A stretch of 64,000 nucleotides of DNA from Vicinamibacterales bacterium (GCA_965203525.1 OZ241898.1:4695164-4759163); one strand, 5' to 3'; numbered from the stretch's first letter, positions 42,862 to 52,982 are shown. The notes: a model not told the origin generated them from the letters alone. A program made the numbers and translations.

Positions 42862-43977
42862 GTGGCCCTGTTCATACCATCGCTCGACGCCGGCGGCGCG
42901 GAGCGGGTCATGGTGGAACTCGCGCGCCAGTTGGCGCGGCGCCGGTTCGCCGTCGATTTCCTGGTGACCCGCGGCGGCGGCGCGCTTTGGGGATCGGTTC
43001 CGGAGAACGTCCGGCTGCTGAACCTGAACTCCTGGAAGGCGGTGGCCTCCCTTCCCGGACTGGTTCGGTACGTCCGGCGCGAAAGGCCGGCTGCGCTCCT
43101 TTCCTCGCTGGAAGCGTGCAACGTGGCGGCCCTGCTCGCCAAGCGGTTCTTCGTGCGGGACCTGCGTCTGATCGTGCGCCAGCAAAGCAACCGCACGGCC
43201 CAGTTCCGGGCCGGGGGATTCCGCACGCGCATGGCGCTCGGCGCCATGAAGCGCCTGCTGCCCGCCGCCGACGCGGTCCTCGCCGTGTCGTCCGGCGTGG
43301 CCGAAGACCTGCGGCGGACCGTCCCGCGCGCCGGCCCGGTGTGGCCGGTCCCGAATCCGGTGGTGACGCCCGCACTGCTCGAGAAAGCCCGGGCGCCGGC
43401 GGATCATCCCTGGTTCGGCGACCCGCGCACGCCGGTGGTCCTCACCGCCGGCCGTCTCGCCGCGGAGAAGGACCAGCCGACCCTGCTCCGGGCGTTCGCC
43501 GCGGTGCGCAAAGCGCGTCCCGCCCGGCTGATGGTGCTGGGAGACGGACCGGACCGCGGCCGGCTGGAGACTCTCGCGCGCGAGCTGGGCATCCGGGACG
43601 ACGTCGACTTCCGCGGGTTCCAGCCCAACCCCTTCGCCTGCATGGCCCGCGCGCGGCTGTTCGTCCTCTCTTCGACCTTCGAAGGACTGCCCGCGGCGCT
43701 GATCGAAGCGATGGCGTGCGGGACGCCGGTGGTCAGCACGGACTGTCCGAGCGGCCCGCACGAGATCCTGGAAGGGGGCAGGTGGGGGAGGCTGGCGCCG
43801 GTGGGCGACTGGCGCGCGCTGGCGCGGGCGATGCGGGACACGCTCGACGATCCGATCGCGCCGGCGCGTCTGATCGCCAGGGCCGGCCACTACTCCGCGG
43901 CGGCGTCCATGGCGCGGCACCTGGAGCTGCTCCATTGGGTCGCGGCGCGCAAAACGAGACCCGCGGGGCCGTCATGA
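42862..43977 (+). CDS. GT4-family glycosyltransferase
   Basis: VALFIPSLDAGGAERVM...SSTFEGLPAALIEAMACGTPVVSTD. Paralogue of 32138..33310. The GTG at 42862 is my suggestion; the ORF is open from 42613. Confidence 0.8.
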   Translation: MALFIPSLDAGGAERVMVELARQLARRRFAVDFLVTRGGGALWGSVPENVRLLNLNSWKAVASLPGLVRYVRRERPAALLSSLEACNVAALLAKRFFVRDLRLIVRQQSNRTAQFRAGGFRTRMALGAMKRLLPAADAVLAVSSGVAEDLRRTVPRAGPVWPVPNPVVTPALLEKARAPADHPWFGDPRTPVVLTAGRLAAEKDQPTLLRAFAAVRKARPARLMVLGDGPDRGRLETLARELGIRDDVDFRGFQPNPFACMARARLFVLSSTFEGLPAALIEAMACGTPVVSTDCPSGPHEILEGGRWGRLAPVGDWRALARAMRDTLDDPIAPARLIARAGHYSAAASMARHLELLHWVAARKTRPAGPS

Positions 43978-45296
43978 CGCACCGCCGTCCTGCGGGGCCA
44001 CGGTTCGCCCTCCCGGAGCTGGCGGCGCGGTTCGTCGTCTTCGTGTCGCTGGCGGGCGTCGTGGAGCTCCTCGTCGGCACCTTCGGCCTGCGCTTCGTCG
44101 TGACGGGCCTGCTGGGGCCTCCCGCCGCGGTTCTGCTCGCGTGGCACTGGCCGTACGCCGCCGGCAACCGGTTCGTGCTGGCGGCGGCCGCGCCGCTGCT
44201 GGCGTACATCGCGTTCGCCTTGTTGCACGGCTCCTCGGAAAACACCGAGGGCCTCCTGCCCGTCTATCTGTTCAACTGCCTGCTCCTGGCCCTGGTGGCC
44301 GCCCACGTCGCCAGAAGCAGCGGCGTGGCGGTTCGCGGTCTGATCGGCGTTGCGCGAATCGCCTTGCTGATCTCCGTGGCCTCCATCCTTTTCGGGTCTT
44401 TCGATCCTCCGACGGGCTACGGCAGCGACGTGTTCCGATTCGACGGTTTCTTCTGGAATCCGAACGAAGCCGCGATGGCTTCCGTGCTGCTGCTGAACTT
44501 CGTTCTGTACAGACCCTGGAACCAGAGACTCCTCAACTGGTTCGCCGTCGCCGTGGCGCCGGCGGCGACCTTTCTCACGCTGTCCAAGACCGGCGCCGCG
44601 CTGCTGCTCGTGAGCCTCCTGCTGTTCCTGTGGATCAGGCGGCAGTGGGTGGTTCTTGCCGTCGTGCCGGTCGCGGCCCTGCTTGTCCTGTCGTCGGCGC
44701 GGCCGATTCTCGACGCCTACGAAGAACAAATTGTGGAGGTGTTCATAACGGACCGCTATCGTCAGGAGTGGCAGGAGGGGAGGCAGCAGTCGGAGCAGCC
44801 GTTGACGGGGAGCGCAAGGGACAGGATCGATGATGCCGTAGATTTTTTCTCGGGCGAATTTACGACCTCGGCGCTCGGTCCCAGGGGCATTCTCTGGTCC
44901 CTGGGGATTGCGCGCATCCGGGACACCTTTCCGCATGGCTCCGGATTCGGATCGTTTCATGCGCTGGAGGGAGGCGTATTCGCTGCGCAAATTTCGCACC
45001 CGGTTTTCGGGCGCGGCCAATGGCATGGAGTTCACAACATGTACCTCATGGTCGCCGGCGAGGCCGGTTTCGTCGTGTTCGCGCTGCTGGTCTTCTGCCA
45101 TGGCTGGTTGCTCGCAAGGGCCTGGCTCTCGTCGAGGGACGACGGATTGCCGTTCGCGATCATCGCCGTCACGTTGATCGGCTGGAGCGCCACCCACAAC
45201 TTCCTGGGCAACCGGTACTACGTCGTGGCGTTCGCCGTCGCCGTCGGCCTGCTCGCCCGGCGCGCTCCCGCGGCACATGGCGCGCGGACGGACTGA
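43974..45296 (+). CDS. O-antigen ligase/polymerase (Wzy-like) membrane protein
   Basis: About 10 hydrophobic segments, FFWNPNEAAMASVLLL...LSKTGAALLLVSLLLF (Wzy_C-like) and a large periplasmic loop. The ATG overlaps the upstream stop. Confidence 0.75.
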   Translation: MTHRRPAGPRFALPELAARFVVFVSLAGVVELLVGTFGLRFVVTGLLGPPAAVLLAWHWPYAAGNRFVLAAAAPLLAYIAFALLHGSSENTEGLLPVYLFNCLLLALVAAHVARSSGVAVRGLIGVARIALLISVASILFGSFDPPTGYGSDVFRFDGFFWNPNEAAMASVLLLNFVLYRPWNQRLLNWFAVAVAPAATFLTLSKTGAALLLVSLLLFLWIRRQWVVLAVVPVAALLVLSSARPILDAYEEQIVEVFITDRYRQEWQEGRQQSEQPLTGSARDRIDDAVDFFSGEFTTSALGPRGILWSLGIARIRDTFPHGSGFGSFHALEGGVFAAQISHPVFGRGQWHGVHNMYLMVAGEAGFVVFALLVFCHGWLLARAWLSSRDDGLPFAIIAVTLIGWSATHNFLGNRYYVVAFAVAVGLLARRAPAAHGARTD

Positions 45297-45389
45297 ATCG
45301 CCGCGGGGAGGAATCGCGCGGCGCATCGGCACGGTGCGGCCGGTCGGGCTGGTGGTCGATGCGGAGATCGAGCGGCGCAAGACCGATGC

Positions 45390-46994
45390 GTGAAGACCTG
45401 GAGCGATGAAACGATGAACGTCCGCGCCACGGAACGGACCCGCGCCGCGGCGGCCGCCGCGGCGTTCGCCCTGTGCGCGATTGCGCTGTCGTGGCCGGTG
45501 GCCGACCTCGGGACGCCGGGGGCTTTCGACCGCGACGAGTACCAACGCATCGCGTTCAACCTCGCCCGCCACGGAGTGTTCCACGATGCCCGTTCGGTGC
45601 GGGATGTGGGGTCGTATTCGCGCCGGGAGCCGGTCTACCCCCTGTACCTGGCCGCGGTTTTCGCGTCCTCGCCCGAGTTCGCGGCGGTGCCCTCCTGGGA
45701 GTGCATCGAAGACCCGGAATGCGAAGAGGCCGCCCCGGTGCGCGAGCGCGTCTGGCGCCTGACGTTCCTTCTGGCGGGCGCGGCGGTGGCCGTCGCGTTC
45801 CTCGCGACCTTCGTCCTGACGCGAAGCTGGACGGTGTCGGTGGGGATCGGCGGCGGATGGAGCCTGCTGCTGATGCCGCTCGTCCCGACCCGGGACGTTC
45901 CGAGCCTCCTCGCCGGCCTGTTCCTGCTGGTCCATGCGGCCCTGGCCGCGCGGACGTGGCGGAAACCCCGGATCGCGACCGGCGTCCTGAGCGGCCTCGC
46001 CCTGGGCCTGCTGGTCCTGACCAAGGCCGTGTTCCAGTACTGGCTCGCGGGAGTCGCGCTGGTGCTCGCGGCGGGCCTGTGGCGGGACGCGGACCGGCGC
46101 CGGACGCTGGCGCCGGCCTGCGCGGCCCTGGTGCTCGCCGCCTGGGCCCTGACCCTGCCCTGGATGGCCCGCAACGCCGTCGAGGTGGGACACTTCGGCA
46201 TCTCGGGCCGCGGCGGCGAGGTGCTGGCGGTCCGCGCCGAGTACAGCCGCATGACCTGGCCGGAGATCCGCGGGGCGTTCGCGTACTATCTGCCCCACTC
46301 CGCGAGCACCCCATCGAGCGTCCCCTTCCACGGGTTCCGCGCCCTCGCCATGCGGTGGCTCGAACCGGAGACCTTCGGATACGCCCGTTTCGACCGCGAC
46401 AATCCGCGGGGGTTCTACAGACCCGCCATGTCCATGGCGGGAGACGCCGCGGAACGCGCGAGCCGGATCGCCCCCGGGTGGAGAAGTGGCGGCCAGGCGA
46501 CGATTGACGCCGTCCTGAAACGGGCGGCGGCCGATCTGATCCGCGAGGACTGGCTCAAGCACATGGCCCTGACGCTGGTGTTCGCGGAACGCGGGTTGGC
46601 ATTCCCGACCCACGGTTGCAGCACGTTGACCGACCCTGCCGACCAGCGGTTCGGACGCCTGATCGGGTGGCCGGTGGGTCCGGCCTGCCGGCTCGCCCGC
46701 TACGGGACGATGCTGGTCTGGCCGTTCGCCGGCCTGCTGGCGGTCGCCGCCTGGCGGCGGCGCGACGCGAGCCTCGCCCTGCTGCTGCTGCCGGCCGCCT
46801 GGTCGTACGGCGTCCACGCGGCGGCGACCGATTACATCCCGCGCTACTCGCTCCCTCTCCTTCCGGTTCTCGTCGCCGCGACCGCGCTGGCCGTCCACGA
46901 GCTGGCGCCGCGGGCCGATCGGGGCGTCGCCCGGCTCGGGACCGGCGCGCTCGACGCCGTGCGCCGGCGCCTGCCCGCGGGAGGCGGTGGTTGA
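45390..46994 (+). CDS. ArnT/PMT-like (GT39/GT83-type) integral membrane glycosyltransferase
   Basis: Polytopic membrane protein with a first-loop DRDEYQRIAFNLARHG (DE motif). Confidence 0.6.
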   Translation: MKTWSDETMNVRATERTRAAAAAAAFALCAIALSWPVADLGTPGAFDRDEYQRIAFNLARHGVFHDARSVRDVGSYSRREPVYPLYLAAVFASSPEFAAVPSWECIEDPECEEAAPVRERVWRLTFLLAGAAVAVAFLATFVLTRSWTVSVGIGGGWSLLLMPLVPTRDVPSLLAGLFLLVHAALAARTWRKPRIATGVLSGLALGLLVLTKAVFQYWLAGVALVLAAGLWRDADRRRTLAPACAALVLAAWALTLPWMARNAVEVGHFGISGRGGEVLAVRAEYSRMTWPEIRGAFAYYLPHSASTPSSVPFHGFRALAMRWLEPETFGYARFDRDNPRGFYRPAMSMAGDAAERASRIAPGWRSGGQATIDAVLKRAAADLIREDWLKHMALTLVFAERGLAFPTHGCSTLTDPADQRFGRLIGWPVGPACRLARYGTMLVWPFAGLLAVAAWRRRDASLALLLLPAAWSYGVHAAATDYIPRYSLPLLPVLVAATALAVHELAPRADRGVARLGTGALDAVRRRLPAGGGG

Positions 46995-48394
46995 GCGGGC
47001 AACGCCTGGCGCGCCGGCCGGCGGCGCGCGGCGGGCGGCTCCGCCCGGCCGGGGCATCCGTCGAGGGCAGGATTTTCGGCGCGGCGGCGGGCGTCGGGGG
47101 GTTGTCCGCCGGCCTGTCCGTCCTGTCCATGGGCAAGGAAATGTTCGTGGCCGCGTCGTTCGGCACCGACGACGCCCTCGACGCCTTCGTCGTCGCGTTG
47201 CTGCCCGTGTCGTTCGCGGTCACCGTCGTCGCCGAGGCGTTCTCGTCCGCCTTGATCCCGACGTACGTGCAGGAGAGGGAGCGGCGCGGACGAGCGGCGG
47301 CGCAACGCCTGTTTTCGGAAGCCGTGGCCGTGGCCGCGGCGTGGCTGCTCGCCGTCGCCGCCTCGCTCGCGCTGCTGGCGCCGCACTTCCTGCCGCTGCT
47401 CGGTCTCGGCTTCGCCGCCGGCAAGCTGGCGCAGACGCAACGGCTCTTTCTGCTGCTGCTGCCGGTCGTCGTCCTCCGCGGCGTCACGACCATCTGGTCC
47501 GCGGCGCTCCATGCCGGCGAGCGCTTCGGCCTGGCGGGCGCGGCGCCCCTGCTGCTGCCGGCCGCCACGGTCGGCGCGCTGCTCGTCTGGCGCGCGGACC
47601 CGGCCGTCGACGCCCTCGTGGCCGGCGCAGTCGGCGGGCTGGCGCTGCAACTGGCGCTGCTGGGGTGGGGGCTGAAACGGCGCGGGACGGCGCTGGCGCC
47701 GCGCTGGCGCGGCGGGAGTCCCGCCCTGCGCCGGGTGATCGGCCAGTATCTGCCGCTGGTGGCCGGGGCGTCGGTCATGGGCGGCGCGGCGCTGGTGGAC
47801 GGCGCCATGGCGGCGACGCTCGCGCCGGGCAGCGCCGCGGCGCTGCACTACGGGAACAAGGTGGTCGCCGCGGCCCTGACCGTCGGCGCCGGGGCGCTGG
47901 GGACGGTGGTGCTGCCGGTGTTCTCGCGGTTGATCGGCGCGCGGGACTGGGGCGCGGTGCGGCGCGTCGTCAGAACGTACAGCCTGCTGATCCTGCTGGT
48001 GACCGTTCCGGCCGCGCTGGCCATCTGCGTCCTTTCGGAACCGCTGGTGCGCCTGATCTTCGAACGCGGGGAGTTCACGGCGGCCGACACCCGGCTCGTC
48101 GGCCGGGTCCAGGCGCTGTACGCGTTGCAGATCCCGTTCTACGTGCTGGGGATTCTGTTCGTGCGCCTCATCTCGGCGGCGGCGGCGAACCGCGTCCTCC
48201 TGTTCGGATCGTTGCTGAACCTGACCTTGAACGTCGTGCTGAACTACGTGTTCATGCGGCGCCTGGGGGTCGCGGGCATCGCCCTGTCGACCGCCTGCGT
48301 GTACGCCGCGTCCTGCGCCTTCCTGGTGACGGCCGCCTTCAGGATGCTTCCGGGCCTGCGGGGAGGCCGGCCGCGCGACGCGCGATGCGGTTGA
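46991..48394 (+). CDS. MurJ/MviN-family (MOP superfamily) flippase
   Basis: LSMGKEMFVAASFGTDDALDAFVVALLPVSF...SSALIPTY is a typical MurJ N-terminus, followed by about 12 or more TM helices. A TTG at 46991 overlapping the upstream stop is proposed as the start. Confidence 0.75.
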   Translation: MSGQRLARRPAARGGRLRPAGASVEGRIFGAAAGVGGLSAGLSVLSMGKEMFVAASFGTDDALDAFVVALLPVSFAVTVVAEAFSSALIPTYVQERERRGRAAAQRLFSEAVAVAAAWLLAVAASLALLAPHFLPLLGLGFAAGKLAQTQRLFLLLLPVVVLRGVTTIWSAALHAGERFGLAGAAPLLLPAATVGALLVWRADPAVDALVAGAVGGLALQLALLGWGLKRRGTALAPRWRGGSPALRRVIGQYLPLVAGASVMGGAALVDGAMAATLAPGSAAALHYGNKVVAAALTVGAGALGTVVLPVFSRLIGARDWGAVRRVVRTYSLLILLVTVPAALAICVLSEPLVRLIFERGEFTAADTRLVGRVQALYALQIPFYVLGILFVRLISAAAANRVLLFGSLLNLTLNVVLNYVFMRRLGVAGIALSTACVYAASCAFLVTAAFRMLPGLRGGRPRDARCG

Positions 48395-49488
48395 CGCTCG
48401 TCATCTGGTCGCTGTCCTGCGGCGGGGCGGAGCGGGTCCTGTCCCGGATGGCCAACCACTGGGCGGCGCGGGGGTGGGAGGTCACGTTGCTGACCTTCGA
48501 CGGATCCGAGCCGCCGTTCTTCGATCTGCACCCCGCGGTGCGGCATCGCCCGCTCGGCCTCGCGACGTCGCGCGCCTCGGTCCGGAGGCTGGCGAGACTG
48601 CTGCGGGTCCTGCGGCGCGCCATCCGGGAGAGCGCCCCGCGGGCGGTGATCTCCTTCATGGACCAGATCAACGTGCTGGTGCTGCTGGCGACGCGCGGAC
48701 TCGGCTTGCCGGTCGTCGTCTCCGAGCGGGTCTGGCCGGCGCACCACGCAATCGGCCGGCATTGGAACGTTCTGCGGCGGTGGACGTATCCCTGGGCCAC
48801 GCGTCTGGTCGTGCAGCACCGGGACGTCCTGCAGTATTTCGCCGAGCCGGTGCGGAGAAAGGGGCGCGTCGTTCCGAATCCGGTGGCGGCGCCCCCGGCC
48901 GCCCGCGCCGCGCCGCCCGGGCGGCGCCCGAACACCGTCGCCGCGATGGGGCGTCTGGATCCGCAGAAGGGGTTCGACGTGCTGCTGCGGGCGTTCGCGG
49001 ACGTTGCGCCCGAGTGTCCGGAATGGTCCCTGGTGATTTGGGGCGAAGGAGAGCTGCGCGGCGCGCTGGAGCGTCTGCGGGACGAGCTCGGGCTCGGCGG
49101 GCGCGCATTCCTCCCGGGGCGGACGCGGGAGCCCTTCGGGACGATGCGGCAGGCCGACCTGTTCGTGCTGTCGTCACGCTACGAGGGCTTTCCCAACGTG
49201 CTGTGCGAGGCGATGGCGTGCGGGCTGCCGGTGGTGAGCGTCGATTGTCCGGTCGGTCCCTCCCGGATCGTCCGGGACGGGGTCGACGGGCTGCTCGCGC
49301 CTCCCGGCGACCCGCGGGCGCTGGCGGACGCCATGCGGCGCCTGATGCGGGACGCGCCCGGCCGGCGGCGTCTGGCGGCCCGTGCGCCGGAGGTGGTGGA
49401 GCGCTTCGGCCTGGAGAAGGTGATGCGCGCGTGGGATGGGGTGCTGCGCGAGGCGCTGCGAGCGCAGGGGGCGTTCCCGCGCCCTTGA
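48385..49488 (+). CDS. GT4-family glycosyltransferase
   Basis: MRLTLVIWSLSCGGAERVL...SSRYEGFPNVLCEAMACGLPVVSVD. Confidence 0.85.
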   Translation: MRLTLVIWSLSCGGAERVLSRMANHWAARGWEVTLLTFDGSEPPFFDLHPAVRHRPLGLATSRASVRRLARLLRVLRRAIRESAPRAVISFMDQINVLVLLATRGLGLPVVVSERVWPAHHAIGRHWNVLRRWTYPWATRLVVQHRDVLQYFAEPVRRKGRVVPNPVAAPPAARAAPPGRRPNTVAAMGRLDPQKGFDVLLRAFADVAPECPEWSLVIWGEGELRGALERLRDELGLGGRAFLPGRTREPFGTMRQADLFVLSSRYEGFPNVLCEAMACGLPVVSVDCPVGPSRIVRDGVDGLLAPPGDPRALADAMRRLMRDAPGRRRLAARAPEVVERFGLEKVMRAWDGVLREALRAQGAFPRP

Positions 49489-49523
49489 TCGGCGCCGGCC
49501 GGACGCCGGCGGGGGCGCCGGCC
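49477..49523. repeat. 47-bp direct repeat, left copy (covers the GT4 stop codon)
   Basis: ccgcgcccttgatcggcgccggccggacgccggcgggggcgccggcc, identical to 50135-50181. Confidence 0.9.
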
Positions 49524-49560
49524 GCGCGTATTATGATGCGCACGGGAGGGAGAAGGTCCA

Positions 49561-50037
49561 ATGGGTACGCACGACGCGATCTGGCTGGCGCTTCTGAACA
49601 GCGCCAGATGGGAACGCTACTACAGGATCCTGACGGACCGGTTCACGTGGTGGGAGACGGTCATCCGGTCCGTGCTGCTCGCTTCGGCGATGGGCTCCAT
49701 CTCATCGTTCCTCTCCGACATGCCGGCGGCCGTCGGAGTCGTGTTCGGGGTCTTCGTCGCCGCCGCGGTGATCGTCGACTTCGTCGTCAGGCCGGGGCAG
49801 ACCGCCGCCACGCTCGCGCTGATCCGCGACGAGTGCGGGCGCATGCGGCTGACGCTGGACGATCTGCTGCGCCGGTATCCCGGAATGGCCGACGCCGATG
49901 CGAACTGGATGCTCAAGACCCTGAACTCCCACCTGGAGGAAGTCACGGCGAAGGATCCGACGACCTGCCGCGACAAGCTCAACGAAAAGACGACCAGGGA
50001 CACCTTTTCCGAGATGGAGCACTTGTATGCGTCGTAG
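49561..50037 (+). CDS. Two-TM protein of unknown function (158 aa)
   Basis: A GGGAGGGAGAAGG Shine-Dalgarno-like stretch lies upstream. There is an N-terminal helix (WLALLNSARWERYYRIL), two TM helices (VIRSVLLASAMGSISSFL and AAVGVVFGVFVAAAVIVDFVV), and a helical C-terminal domain. GC looks lower than in the flanks. Confidence 0.65.
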   Translation: MGTHDAIWLALLNSARWERYYRILTDRFTWWETVIRSVLLASAMGSISSFLSDMPAAVGVVFGVFVAAAVIVDFVVRPGQTAATLALIRDECGRMRLTLDDLLRRYPGMADADANWMLKTLNSHLEEVTAKDPTTCRDKLNEKTTRDTFSEMEHLYAS

Positions 50038-50134
50038 CGGCGAAGAGACGAGAACCGGCCCACCCATACCGGCCGGCGTTCCGATCCCGAAGCCGCCGGC
50101 GCCGAAGCCTGCGCCGCCGCCGCCGCCACGGCCG

Positions 50135-50181
50135 CCGCGCCCTTGATCGGCGCCGGCCGGACGCCGGCGGGGGCGCCGGCC
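50135..50181. repeat. 47-bp direct repeat, right copy
   Basis: Identical to 49477-49523. Confidence 0.9.
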
Positions 50182-50200
50182 GGACGCCGGATCGCTCCGG

Positions 50201-51514
50201 CTACTCGTCGAGGAGGCACCGCGTGAAGCGGTGCTTTCCCTGGGCGGTCTTCGGAATCCGATCCACGTACCGCCATTCCACCCGGCACCCTCTTCCCAGG
50301 GCGCCGCGTATCCCGGCCTCGACCTCCGCCACGTCGTCCTCGTCGATTCCGGCGCACCGCACGACCGAGATCCGGAGGTGGTCGTAGTCGACCTGATCGA
50401 CCTGGAACTGTTCGATCCAGCTTCGAAAATAGAACAGGTGCGTGAAGAACTCCCCGTGCACGACCGCGCCGTCCCGCGAGCGGAAATGGTCCGTGACGCG
50501 GCCCGTCAACTTCTCCAGAACCGGCAGGGGGGATCCGCAGCCGCAAGGGTGGAAGCGCATCGCTCCGGTGTCTCCGACGTCGTAACGGATCAGGGGCATG
50601 GAATAGTTGTGCAGATTGGTGACGATGATTCTTCCCTCTTCGCCGTCGCCCGCCGGCCGGCCCGCGTCGTCCACGATTTCGACGACGTTGTTCATGATGA
50701 ACACGTGCCGGCGGCCCGCCCGGCACTCGCCGGCGATCGCTCCGACCTCCCTGGAGCCGTAGTAGTCGTACGCCTTCGCGCCGAACCGCTCCTCGATCTC
50801 CTCCCGCATGAAGTCACGCAGCATTTCCGCCGCGGAATGGAGAAATCGCGGCCGTGGCAGGCGCACTCCGTGCTTCCGGGCCGCCCGCGCCATCTGGTGC
50901 AGCGAGCCGGCGTATCCGGCCACGTAATGCGGGCGCCACGATCGCAGCCGCTCGACGTGCTCCAGCCAGCGTCGGTCGTTCGTCATCTCGAACGTATCGA
51001 GCAACAGGCGGTTCTGCAGGTAGCACCCGATCCGCTTGCGCCACGGCTTCGCCGCCGCGAGGTCGCGGTCGGACCCCCAGAGCCAGGCGTTCCTCACGGC
51101 GTACCGCTCCACGCCCAGGAACTCGCGAAAATAGTACTCGTGCGTCGCCTCGGCCTGGAGCGCGTACTCGGCATCCTGGATCAGGACCACCGGCCGGCCC
51201 GTCGAGCCCCCGGACGTGTTTTCATATCTGGCCGCCGTCGGTCCGGCGCTCTGCAACGCGGCGAACTTCCGGCGGATGACGTCCTTCGTCAATATCGGCA
51301 GGCGCTCGAGTTCCCGGGACTTCGCCAGGAGCCCCGCGTAGTGTTCGTTGTGGCCGGCGGCGAACGAAAGCAGCTTTCCGAGACGTGCGCGGGACGCGGC
51401 GAAGGGATCCGCGCCGGTCATTTCGCGGACGGACTCGTCGATGTCCCGGTAACGCCGCCGCACCGCTTGAAGCAGACGAAACTTCAGCTTCGAGGCGCGC
51501 TCACGCCATCGCAT
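50201..51514 (-). CDS. Phenylacetate-CoA ligase-like adenylate-forming enzyme (CapK/F390 synthetase family)
   Basis: ENTSGGSTGRPV AMP-binding motif; size and layout match PaaK/CapK-like proteins found in EPS loci. Confidence 0.8.
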   Translation of the reverse strand: MRWRERASKLKFRLLQAVRRRYRDIDESVREMTGADPFAASRARLGKLLSFAAGHNEHYAGLLAKSRELERLPILTKDVIRRKFAALQSAGPTAARYENTSGGSTGRPVVLIQDAEYALQAEATHEYYFREFLGVERYAVRNAWLWGSDRDLAAAKPWRKRIGCYLQNRLLLDTFEMTNDRRWLEHVERLRSWRPHYVAGYAGSLHQMARAARKHGVRLPRPRFLHSAAEMLRDFMREEIEERFGAKAYDYYGSREVGAIAGECRAGRRHVFIMNNVVEIVDDAGRPAGDGEEGRIIVTNLHNYSMPLIRYDVGDTGAMRFHPCGCGSPLPVLEKLTGRVTDHFRSRDGAVVHGEFFTHLFYFRSWIEQFQVDQVDYDHLRISVVRCAGIDEDDVAEVEAGIRGALGRGCRVEWRYVDRIPKTAQGKHRFTRCLLDE

Positions 51515-52982
51515 CCTGCCATTCCTCCGGAATCTCGAATTCGAGGCCGGACAATCGGGTCAGCGGCGTCGGTTCGCCGTCGTCCAGGATCTCCACTTCC
51601 ATCGGCGACGACACGGGAACCGCCAGCCGGCTCTTCGCGTGCCGGAATCCGTAGCGCAGAAGGCGCACCTTCAACGGATCGAAACCGATGAGCCGCGCCC
51701 CGCCCGTATCGACCAGCAGGGGATTCCAGCCGCCCAGCACGACGCCGGCGGCCTTCGGAGCGGGCCGGAGCGGGCCGTACCCTTCGCCGGCGACGACGCC
51801 GTCGACGACGTGGAGCACGTTGCGGACCGGATCCGCCGCCAGGCCGCGCGCGCGCGGATCGTAGAAGTAGAGCGCGTGGTTCAAGTCGAGGGTGGTCCTG
51901 GGAATCGTGTCGTTTCCCGACCAGCCGCCGTCGAACAGACGGTCCCGGTCCAGCCTCCCGGAGGCATGGTGAAGGACTCGCATCAGCAGGGCCTCCAGCG
52001 TGTTGAGCGCCGTCGCCCGCCGGCCGAGGTTGGCCCAGTAGTCGTCGGACACGCGGTTGAGCAGTGGTTTCACGATGCTTGCGCGCCGATACTGGTCGCC
52101 CCCGGTGGCCGGACTGCCGTTGGTGTGGTGCGGCAGATACTCCTTGCGGCCGTTGATGCCGACGACGTTCTTCAACGCGCCCGTGATCCCCGCCTTGACA
52201 TGGCATTTCAGCTTGGGCAGATTGATGACGAAGTCCGCGGACAGGACGGAGTTGGCGACGAGATATTCGTGCTTGCGTCGATCATGGTGCGTGCGCATGA
52301 GCCGCGGGTCGTACATCGTGACGCGGAACCGCGCGGACCTGTTCTGCACTTCCGCAAGCAGGCTGTCCTGTCCGAGGTCGATCAGGGTGTAGCCGCGCGG
52401 ATCCCCCGTTCCCTCGGACTGGTTCTCGAGTCCGGTGATCCGGCCGTCGTGGCCGCGCAGGACGGTCCTTCTGAGGTCGAGGACGGAAAACGTGATTCCC
52501 GGAAAGCGTTTCCGGTAGCGGTCCATCAATTCCCCGACCGCATTCCGCCGGACGAGGGCTTCGAAGTCGCATCCTTGCAGCGGCGCGTCCGCGACGTCGA
52601 TCTCCCCCTCGCCGTCGAGCGCCAGGATCAGGTAGTCGATCGCCGCGCGAATCAGCGACGTGTGCGTGACCAGCGATTCGATGGATTCGTCCAGCGGGTT
52701 CGAGTGGAGCACCCAGTTCGGCTTGATCAACGCCCTCCGGCCGCGCGTGAGGAAACGCCGCAACGGGTTCCAGGCGGGTTTGCCGAAATTGTCCCGATCG
52801 AGGCCCAGGTCCGCGAGGATGCTCCGCACCGCGTCATATACGTGGTTCGTCGGATCGCATTGCGCTTCGAAGGCGGACAGTTCCGGATAGCGGCGCGGCG
52901 GGTGGTACGGAAAGCGAGGATAACGCGCGGGACCGACCCGCCGCAGCGCGACCCGCCGGTCGCGAACGGCGTCGGTGCTCAC
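51501..52982 (-). CDS. DUF362 domain protein
   Basis: RRALIKPNWV...VTHTSLIRAAIDYL is a typical DUF362 core. The ORF is open to 53051; the GTG at 52982 (VSTDAVRDRRVALRRV) is preferred because it lies in the duplicated junction sequence. Confidence 0.7.
   Translation of the reverse strand: MSTDAVRDRRVALRRVGPARYPRFPYHPPRRYPELSAFEAQCDPTNHVYDAVRSILADLGLDRDNFGKPAWNPLRRFLTRGRRALIKPNWVLHSNPLDESIESLVTHTSLIRAAIDYLILALDGEGEIDVADAPLQGCDFEALVRRNAVGELMDRYRKRFPGITFSVLDLRRTVLRGHDGRITGLENQSEGTGDPRGYTLIDLGQDSLLAEVQNRSARFRVTMYDPRLMRTHHDRRKHEYLVANSVLSADFVINLPKLKCHVKAGITGALKNVVGINGRKEYLPHHTNGSPATGGDQYRRASIVKPLLNRVSDDYWANLGRRATALNTLEALLMRVLHHASGRLDRDRLFDGGWSGNDTIPRTTLDLNHALYFYDPRARGLAADPVRNVLHVVDGVVAGEGYGPLRPAPKAAGVVLGGWNPLLVDTGGARLIGFDPLKVRLLRYGFRHAKSRLAVPVSSPMEVEILDDGEPTPLTRLSGLEFEIPEEWQDAMA

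Noticed and set aside
43890-47057. A 1055-aa minus-strand ORF spanning the Wzy-like and ArnT-like genes. The 1401-aa ORF 56141..60346 and the 1021-aa ORF 31922..34987 are of the same kind.
   Set aside because: These are the same high-GC artefact. Only the terminal part of 56141..60346 (59123-60346, the beta-lactamase-family hydrolase) has coding signatures. The rest is antisense to well-supported genes.
49561-50037. Calling the 2-TM protein a SLATT/DUF4231-family effector.
   Set aside because: Only the general architecture matches. No SMODS, SLOG or TIR partner is nearby, and no diagnostic motif could be verified by eye. It is kept as a hypothesis within the corresponding finding.
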